A stretch of 42,680 nt of DNA from Nitrosopumilus sp. Its GTDB lineage: Archaea > Thermoproteota > Nitrososphaeria > Nitrososphaerales > Nitrosopumilaceae. Below the pieces are notes generated by a model, which was not told the DNA's origin, did no database searches, and saw only the letters and a list, made by a program, of their open reading frames with translations. Where the stretch lies: the NCBI GenBank assembly GCA_013043295.1, contig JABDOO010000016.1:1-42680 (forward strand). Reading direction: 5' to 3'. Below, in pieces: positions 35,752-42,680 of the stretch. Position 1 is the stretch's first letter. Each line of letters opens with the position of its first letter. A program made the translations under genes and the position numbers.

Positions 35752-36846
35752 ATGTCAGATAGAATTAAAGTAGGTTTAGTCGGTATTGGAAACTGTTTTT
35801 CTGGTCTAATTCAGGGAATTGAATATTATAGAAAAAACCCTTCTCAAGAAGTTACTGGAATTATTCATGATAAATTGGCAGGATATGGAATTCATGATAT
35901 TGATTTTGTTTGTGGATTTGATGTTGGTGAAAATAAAGTTGGCAAGCCTCTCCATGAGGCAATCTATGCATTCCCAAACATGGTTGATTGGATTGCCAAA
36001 GATGATTTGCCACACAATGATGCCAAAGTCTATGAAAGTCCGATATTAGATGGAGTGGGGGTTTGGGTTGAAAATAGAATCAAACCTATTGAAAATCCAA
36101 AATCTGTAGAAGAAATAACAGAAGAGGTAAAACAGGTTATCAAAGAGAAAGGTGTTGAAATTATTGTATCTTATTTGCCTGTAGGCTCTGATAAGGTAAC
36201 TGAATTTTGGGCTCAGATTTGTCTTGATACTAATACTGCATTTGTAAATTGTATACCTTCTTTTATTGCATCAGATGAAAAATGGGCAAAAAAGTTTGAA
36301 GAGAAAAATATTCCATGTATCGGTGATGATATCAAAGGTCAAGTTGGCGCAACAATTGTACATAGAACACTAGCCAAATTATGTAGTGATAGAGGAACCA
36401 AAATTGAAAAAACATACCAAATCAATGTGGGTGGAAATACTGATTTCTTAAACATGAAAGAGCAAGATAGATTATCTTCTAAGAGAATATCTAAAACTGA
36501 AAGTGTTCAAAGTCAACTTAAAGAAAGATTAGAAGATGATCAAATTTATGTTGGACCTTCTGATTTTATTCCATTCTTGGGTAATACTAAACTAATGTTT
36601 ATGAGAATTGAAGGACGCCAGTGGGCTAACATTCCTTACAATATGGAGGTACGTCTAGAAGTTGACGATAAGGCAAATTCTGCAGGAATTGTAATTGATG
36701 CAATTCGATTGGCAAGAATTGCTCTTGATAGGGGTGTAGGTGGACCAATAAAACCAGCTAGTGCATATTTAATGAAGCATCCTATAGAACAAACTTCTGA
36801 TGTTTTAGCAAAAGCTGCTTGTGAAAAGTTTGTTGCTGGTGACTAG
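35752..36846 (+). CDS. ino1: myo-inositol-1-phosphate (inositol-3-phosphate) synthase
   Basis: VGIGNC, SYLPVGS, GDDIKGQVGAT, NVGGNTDFLNM, SKRISKT, DKANSAG. Confidence 0.95.
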   Translation: MSDRIKVGLVGIGNCFSGLIQGIEYYRKNPSQEVTGIIHDKLAGYGIHDIDFVCGFDVGENKVGKPLHEAIYAFPNMVDWIAKDDLPHNDAKVYESPILDGVGVWVENRIKPIENPKSVEEITEEVKQVIKEKGVEIIVSYLPVGSDKVTEFWAQICLDTNTAFVNCIPSFIASDEKWAKKFEEKNIPCIGDDIKGQVGATIVHRTLAKLCSDRGTKIEKTYQINVGGNTDFLNMKEQDRLSSKRISKTESVQSQLKERLEDDQIYVGPSDFIPFLGNTKLMFMRIEGRQWANIPYNMEVRLEVDDKANSAGIVIDAIRLARIALDRGVGGPIKPASAYLMKHPIEQTSDVLAKAACEKFVAGD

Positions 36847-37584
36847 TCACTTAAAGTCATTTGAATCTGAAAATCTACTCTTCCGACTCTTTTGATATAT
36901 ATCTAAATTGAATTCCTTGCTTTTTCCACACTGTCCGTTTAATTTCATTACTTTGGTTGTGACAACTTTATTATTTTCAGACAAATCAATGATGAGGCTA
37001 TTGCCTCCATATCTATGATTTTCAACATTTGCAGCTAAAATTGGAACTCTATTTTCTAATGCTCTTACCTGTGTATACATTTGCCATGGCTCAATCCCTC
37101 TTCTGACTATTCTGCTTGGGGAAAATAACACTTGGGCCCCTTTTTTCACAAGTGTGTTTGCAACTTTGGGAAATACCATATCATAACAAATTATCACTCC
37201 AAATTTACAGGCTGTATTGAAAATTTTAGCCTCATTTCCTGGCTTTACATTTGTCCTTTCATAGCCAAAAGGGTGTATTTTCTCTTGACTGCCTATAAAA
37301 TCCCCTTTAGGCCCAATTATTGGAGAAATTATTGATGGTTTCTGCTTGGTGACTTTATAAAATGCTCCTGGAATTATTGTCATGGAAAATTCTTTTGCTA
37401 CTTTCTTAAACTCTGAGAATTCTAAATCAAAATCTTTGATCTCATTATTTTTTAGCCACTGTTCAGGTAGGCATACAATGTCTGTATCTGCTCTGCCTAA
37501 TTTTTTTAAAATTTTTGCTGCCTGAAGAATTCCTTTTTCATTACTACTTTGTGATGAAGTTTGAATTAACCCAAGCTTAACCAT
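36847..37584 (-). CDS. Carbon-nitrogen hydrolase (nitrilase superfamily)
   Basis: Glu-Lys-Cys triad: LPEQW, EKIHP, ICYDMVFP; RALEN. Confidence 0.92.
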   Translation of the reverse strand: MVKLGLIQTSSQSSNEKGILQAAKILKKLGRADTDIVCLPEQWLKNNEIKDFDLEFSEFKKVAKEFSMTIIPGAFYKVTKQKPSIISPIIGPKGDFIGSQEKIHPFGYERTNVKPGNEAKIFNTACKFGVIICYDMVFPKVANTLVKKGAQVLFSPSRIVRRGIEPWQMYTQVRALENRVPILAANVENHRYGGNSLIIDLSENNKVVTTKVMKLNGQCGKSKEFNLDIYQKSRKSRFSDSNDFK

Positions 37585-37765
37585 AATTCTAGAATTATTT
37601 CTTAGTAATTATACTAGGCGTAATTTTGCGATCATTTATAAAAAAAATTATTTACACTAGAGCACCGCTACGAAAAATATCATAACACAACAAGAAAAAT
37701 TATGCAATTCTGTCAACTAAACTTGTTAACCATCGATTATCCTACCAATCGTCAAAACATTATCA

Positions 37766-40700
37766 TTGGTTCATGTAAAAAAAGTTGAGATCTTTGGTTT
37801 CAAATCATTTGGTTTTAAGAATACTACTGTACAGTTTGAACCTGGTCTAGTTTCTATATCTGGACCAAATGGATCTGGAAAGAGTAACATCTTAGATGCA
37901 ATTATTTTTGCAATGGGTGAAAACAAACCAAAAGTAATGCGAGTTGATAAACTCCGATCTTTAATTCATGATATTGAAGGAAATAGACGTGGTCCAAAAA
38001 TGGCACGATCTAGTGTTCACTTTGATAATTCAGATAGAAAAATCCCTGTTGATTCTGATCTTGTAGAAATTACAAGAGAGATGGATGGTTCTGGAGAAAA
38101 TACATACTATCTAAATAAAAAGAAAACAAACCGAAGTCACATTCTTGATTTACTTGATATGGCAAATGCTGGTCTTGGACAATTAAATGCTGTGCAACAA
38201 GGAACAGTAACCCGAATATCTGAATTTACTTCTGAGGAAAAAAGAAAAACAATTGAAGATTTGATAGGACTTTCATATTTTGATGAGAAAAAAACTGAAT
38301 CTGTAAAACAGCTAGATGAGGCTGATAGGAGATTAGAAATTGCTTTGGCAAAAATGGGTGAAATCAAAAAGAGAATTGATGAATTAGAGGAGGAGCGAAA
38401 TCAAAAATTAAGGCATGATATCTTAGAACGAGAACTAAATCGGTACAAAGCCATTGATGCAGCTAACAAAATGAAGGATATTTCAGGTAAAAAAGCCTCC
38501 AAAGAGACCACTTTACACACTTTAACCACGGAAGTGACCAAATTCGATGAAGAAAGAACACAATTGAGAATCGAAATTGAGTCATTAGAATCTGAAAAAT
38601 CAAAACTAATGGGAGAAGCAAATGCTTACAATCAAACAAAATCTGCATTGGATGCTGAAATATCTGCTGCAATGGAACAATATGAAATTGATAACAGTGC
38701 AATATCTGCATCTAAAAAGAGAATTGAAAGAATTGCTTTGAGAATTCCGGAACTGAAAATGGAATTGGAATCAATTGACAATGCAAGAACAGACATAGCA
38801 TCACAAATTGAAAAAATCAAAGATTCTATAAAAGAAACTGATGAAAAGAAAAATAACATTAGTAAAGAATTAGAGCTTGTAGATTCTCAAAGACAAAAAG
38901 TTTTATCAGAACAATCTGAAGCTGCTGCAAAAAAATCTGAAATTGATCAAAAAATTAGAACACTGAACACACAACTTAATGATGCCAAATTAAAACTATC
39001 CAAAGTACAACACGAAAAAGAACAGTCTGAAAAAGTTATTGAAAATAACTCCATAAAATTAATTGAACTAAACTCTGGTATTGAAGAACTAAGTAAATCA
39101 AAATTACAATTAGAATCTTTGATGAATAACAATACTGCAACTATTACTGAATTAAAATCAAGAATTAAAAAATATCAAACAAAAAAATCACGTATACTTA
39201 ATGATATGGATGAGTGGGCACAAATTATAGAAAAATCAGATCAACAAGCAACTCGTTATGAATCAAAAATTAAAACTGTTAAAGGTTTCATGCATGAAGA
39301 TTACACTGTTGCAAAACTAAAAGAAGATGCAGAAAGTCTTGGCATTGAAGGTTTGGTTTACGAAATGATTTCTTGGGATAAAGAATATGAGCGCTCTGTT
39401 TTAGCCGTTAGCTCTGATTGGATCAAAGCAATTGTTGTTAAAGACTTTGCAACTCTACTTGGTATTGCTGAAGTTGCAAGAAACAAAAAACTTCCAAAAC
39501 TAAAAATTATTCCACTTGATGCAATCCCAAAATTCAAACTTAACCTACCAAAAAAACCCGGAGTTTTAGGGGTTTTGTCAGATCATGTAAAGTGTAATCC
39601 TGCCTATTCTGCTCTCAAAACCTTCCTATTTGGCAATATTGTGCTTACTGATACTAGGGAATCTGCTTACAGCGTTTCTCAATCAGGTTACAAAGCAGTA
39701 ACTATGGGTGGTGAATTCTTTGAGCCTAAAGGCAGTAGTGTTGTAATTGATAACAATTCAAAAATATCAAAACTCACAAAATTGATTTCTTTGAGCAGTG
39801 ACATTGAAGGTCTGTTTCAATCCATCAGTTTGGTCAAAAAAGTTATGTTAAACAAAAAACAAGAAATTAAAAAATTAGATAATTCAATCCAATCAAATTC
39901 TGATAGGCTTTCCCTGTCTGAAAAATCTTTGTCATCAGCTACTGAAAATTATTCCAACCTGATATCTAGAATTTCATCGGCACAAAACATGAGAGAACAA
40001 CTAACAAAGAGAATTTCAGACTTGACATCTAGAAATAATATTATTGAATCTGAAGTAAGTACAAATGAATCTCATATTGAATCACTCATTGATAGAATTT
40101 CTATTGTTGAACAAAACTATGCAAGTGGTGAGGAATCTAGAATTGCAAGTGAATTACAGAGAATTAATGTCAAAAAAACCGAAGTTGAAAAATTACACAC
40201 TGTCATAATGAATGAGTATCGTGACAAATCATCTCAACTTACAACTATGGAAACTCAAGATAATAGGGAAAAATCACAATCAAATCGTCTTCATGATGAA
40301 GAGAATTCTTTAAAGTCTGAACAAGAAGAATTAGAAACTAAGATAAAAGAATTAGAAATACAAAAAGAATCTAAGAATGAAATTCTGGTTAAATTAAGAG
40401 AAAAAGAACAAGAATTAATTTCTACTTCTGGCTCTTCTATTGGACAATTAAAAGAGTATGATGATAAATTAAAAGTTCTAACCGAAAAAGACAAGGAACT
40501 TACAAAGCAAATCAATACCATTGAACGACAATCTGATTCTCTGAATCGTGATTTACATGATTTAATTGAGAAAGAAACTAAATTGCAACAATTACTTTCT
40601 GCATTTGGATTCGATAAGGATATGGAAACTTTTGATGTTGAATCTATTGTTCAAGGATTGACTGCTGAATTAACATCACTAAACGCATTAAATGCCAAAG

Positions 40701-41290
40701 CTCCTGAAACCTATCTTGAAGTATCTTATGGGTATCGTTCAATGTCTACTAGAAAGAATTCCCTTGAGGAAGAAAGAAACTCTATTGTAAAATTCATTGA
40801 AGATATTGAGAAAGATAAACGTCAAACTTTCTTAGATGCATTTGATAAAGTCGATAAAGAAATCAGATTGATCTTCAATAAAATGACTGATGGCAACGCT
40901 TGGTTAGAATTACAAAACGAGGATGATATCTTTAATTCTGGAATTTCTTATCTAATCCAATTCCCAAATAAACCAAAAAGAGAATCAACATCAATCAGTG
41001 GTGGTGAAAAAACATTAGCAGCTATCGTATTTGTTCTTGCTTTACAAAAGCTAAAGCCATCTCCATTTTACTTGTTTGATGAAGTTGATGCACACCTTGA
41101 CGCTCCAAACTCTGAAAGATTGGCAAAAATTTTAGAAGAAAGATCCAAAGAAAGTCAATTCATTATGGTTTCATTGAAAGATTCCGTAATTCAAAAAGCC
41201 AAACTAATCTATGGTGTATTTCCAAAGAATGGAGTTTCAAATGTTGTTACATACAAAGACAAACGTATGCCATCTGTAAAAACATCCTAA
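37766..41290 (+). CDS. smc: Chromosome segregation protein SMC
   Basis: GFKSF, Walker A GPNGSGKSN, coiled coils with central hinge, ISGGEK, Walker B/D-loop LFDEVDAHLD. Confidence 0.97.
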   Translation: MVHVKKVEIFGFKSFGFKNTTVQFEPGLVSISGPNGSGKSNILDAIIFAMGENKPKVMRVDKLRSLIHDIEGNRRGPKMARSSVHFDNSDRKIPVDSDLVEITREMDGSGENTYYLNKKKTNRSHILDLLDMANAGLGQLNAVQQGTVTRISEFTSEEKRKTIEDLIGLSYFDEKKTESVKQLDEADRRLEIALAKMGEIKKRIDELEEERNQKLRHDILERELNRYKAIDAANKMKDISGKKASKETTLHTLTTEVTKFDEERTQLRIEIESLESEKSKLMGEANAYNQTKSALDAEISAAMEQYEIDNSAISASKKRIERIALRIPELKMELESIDNARTDIASQIEKIKDSIKETDEKKNNISKELELVDSQRQKVLSEQSEAAAKKSEIDQKIRTLNTQLNDAKLKLSKVQHEKEQSEKVIENNSIKLIELNSGIEELSKSKLQLESLMNNNTATITELKSRIKKYQTKKSRILNDMDEWAQIIEKSDQQATRYESKIKTVKGFMHEDYTVAKLKEDAESLGIEGLVYEMISWDKEYERSVLAVSSDWIKAIVVKDFATLLGIAEVARNKKLPKLKIIPLDAIPKFKLNLPKKPGVLGVLSDHVKCNPAYSALKTFLFGNIVLTDTRESAYSVSQSGYKAVTMGGEFFEPKGSSVVIDNNSKISKLTKLISLSSDIEGLFQSISLVKKVMLNKKQEIKKLDNSIQSNSDRLSLSEKSLSSATENYSNLISRISSAQNMREQLTKRISDLTSRNNIIESEVSTNESHIESLIDRISIVEQNYASGEESRIASELQRINVKKTEVEKLHTVIMNEYRDKSSQLTTMETQDNREKSQSNRLHDEENSLKSEQEELETKIKELEIQKESKNEILVKLREKEQELISTSGSSIGQLKEYDDKLKVLTEKDKELTKQINTIERQSDSLNRDLHDLIEKETKLQQLLSAFGFDKDMETFDVESIVQGLTAELTSLNALNAKAPETYLEVSYGYRSMSTRKNSLEEERNSIVKFIEDIEKDKRQTFLDAFDKVDKEIRLIFNKMTDGNAWLELQNEDDIFNSGISYLIQFPNKPKRESTSISGGEKTLAAIVFVLALQKLKPSPFYLFDEVDAHLDAPNSERLAKILEERSKESQFIMVSLKDSVIQKAKLIYGVFPKNGVSNVVTYKDKRMPSVKTS

Positions 41291-42255
41291 TCTAGTTTTA
41301 CAAAACATGCTGAATAATGTTCTTCGTTTATTTTTTCTAGTTGTGGCTCACTGATACATTTCTCAATTGCGTAGGGGCACCTTGCTCTAAATCTGCATCC
41401 TTGATAGACATCGATATCTATAGGTTCGTTAATTCGAATCTTCCTTTCTCTGTGTAGGTTTTCAGGATCTGGCTCTGAAATTGCATCTATAAGTGCCTGT
41501 GTGTATGGATGTTTTGGGGAATCCAACACTTGGTCAATAGGCCCAATCTCTACAATTTTACCCATATACAAAATACCAATTCGTTGTCCGAAATATCTTG
41601 CAGTGGCCAAGTCATGAGTGATGTAGATAAACGAAATATCGTATTTTTCCTGTAAATCGTGCATTAATTCTAACATTTCTGCTCTAATTGATACATCCAG
41701 CATTGATACTGGTTCATCTGCTATAATCACTTTGGGTTTTAATGCTAATGCTCTAGCTAACACTGCTCTTTGTCTTTGCCCTCCTGATAACATGTGTGGG
41801 TATCTTTTTGCAATATCTCCTGCCGGCTCTAGTTTTACTTCTTGCAAAACTTCAGTTACTCTCCTCTTTCGTTCTTCTTTATTTCCAATGTTGTGAATCT
41901 CTAATGGTTCAGAGACAATATCTCCGATTTTCATTCTTGGGTTGATGGAATCGTATGGGTCTTGATGAATCATTTGACAATTCATTCTGATTTTTGCTAA
42001 ATTCTCTTTCTTGCAATCTATTTCATTCCCTTCAAAGTAAATTTTTCCAGAATCTGATTCTATAGATTTAAGAATCAATTTTGCAATTGTTGATTTGCCT
42101 GAACCTGATTCGCCTGCTAATACAAACACCTCTCCTTTTTTAATTGAAAATGAAACATCATCTGTTGCTCTGACAGTAGATGATTTTTTTCCAAACATTC
42201 CTTTTTTAGTAAAATATTTTTTCAAATGTTCAACTTTTAGAATCTCATCCAACAA
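41287..42255 (-). CDS. Oligopeptide/dipeptide ABC transporter ATP-binding subunit
   Basis: GESGSGKS, YPHMLSGGQRQR, IADEP, HPYTQAL, C-terminal CRFRARCP...C...C. Confidence 0.93.
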   Translation of the reverse strand: MLDEILKVEHLKKYFTKKGMFGKKSSTVRATDDVSFSIKKGEVFVLAGESGSGKSTIAKLILKSIESDSGKIYFEGNEIDCKKENLAKIRMNCQMIHQDPYDSINPRMKIGDIVSEPLEIHNIGNKEERKRRVTEVLQEVKLEPAGDIAKRYPHMLSGGQRQRAVLARALALKPKVIIADEPVSMLDVSIRAEMLELMHDLQEKYDISFIYITHDLATARYFGQRIGILYMGKIVEIGPIDQVLDSPKHPYTQALIDAISEPDPENLHRERKIRINEPIDIDVYQGCRFRARCPYAIEKCISEPQLEKINEEHYSACFVKLD

Positions 42256-42348
42256 CTATCGTATCACTAAGAGGTATATCAAGAAATATGATTTACGCAT
42301 AAAATATTGGGATAAAGCATTTATGTCAAATAACAACCGAACTAATAC

Positions 42349-42680
42349 TTGACTGATATTATCCAAAAAAATCATGATTACAAAAAATATGTGATTGATT
42401 CTAAACTACAGTATTTCAAACCTCATGCCACACAAATTGAAAAGACCTTTGCCGAAGAGATTACATCCAGCCTTAGTCGTGAATCCAAGTTTATCTCTCC
42501 AAAATTCTTCTATGACAAAAAAGGCTCTGAGATATTTGAAAAAATATGCTCAACTCCTGAATATTACCCTACAAGAACAGAAATTTCCATTCTTAAGCAA
42601 TTACAAAAAGAATTACCTTTCTTTCTGGATGATGATTTTCGCCTAGTTGAATTGGGTAGTGGCTCATCAGTAAAAACAAG
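42349..42680 (+). CDS. egtD: L-histidine N-alpha-trimethyltransferase (ergothioneine pathway), truncated by window end
   Basis: Manual translation from TTG 42349 is open to the edge: PKFFYDKKGSEIFEKICSTPEYYPTRTEI and LVELGSGSSVKT. Confidence 0.92.
   Translation, partial: MTDIIQKNHDYKKYVIDSKLQYFKPHATQIEKTFAEEITSSLSRESKFISPKFFYDKKGSEIFEKICSTPEYYPTRTEISILKQLQKELPFFLDDDFRLVELGSGSSVKT

Noticed and set aside
37766-41290. SMC as a Wadjet/defence or Rad50 ATPase
   Set aside because: Full-length hinge-type SMC with no Zn hook and no jet or mre11 neighbours; housekeeping condensin.
42395-42646. 83-aa ORF
   Set aside because: Wrong frame; the EgtD frame from 42349 carries the conserved motifs.
1-42680. 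CRISPR array, IS element, integrase or island at tRNA-Pro
   Set aside because: No spaced repeats, transposase, integrase or duplicated tRNA 3' end noticed by eye.

Overview
AT-rich, densely packed archaeal chromosome segment. The gene content (TBP, TFB, CofC/CofD, Alba, SMC, Sec61beta, an archaeosortase with Ser in place of the catalytic Cys) points to a Nitrosopumilus-like ammonia-oxidising archaeon (Nitrososphaerota/Thaumarchaeota). Most of it is core housekeeping genes; I saw no mobile element, prophage or CRISPR array. Manual reading added elements the ORF track misses: tRNA-Pro(UGG) with an atypical A53-U61 pair, a candidate box C/D guide sRNA just behind it (one guide complementary to a 23S helix 69-like sequence), RNase P RNA, Sec61beta, five candidate microproteins of 25-47 aa, a probable frameshifted pseudogene and the 5' part of egtD. 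The most intriguing proteins are a single-pass membrane protein with a 9-Cys metallothionein-like tail, an eL22-like domain fused to a C2H2 finger, and a DsbA plus membrane CxC gene pair beside the sortase. All calls come from motif recognition by eye without database searches, and I cannot demonstrate a complete new multi-gene system.
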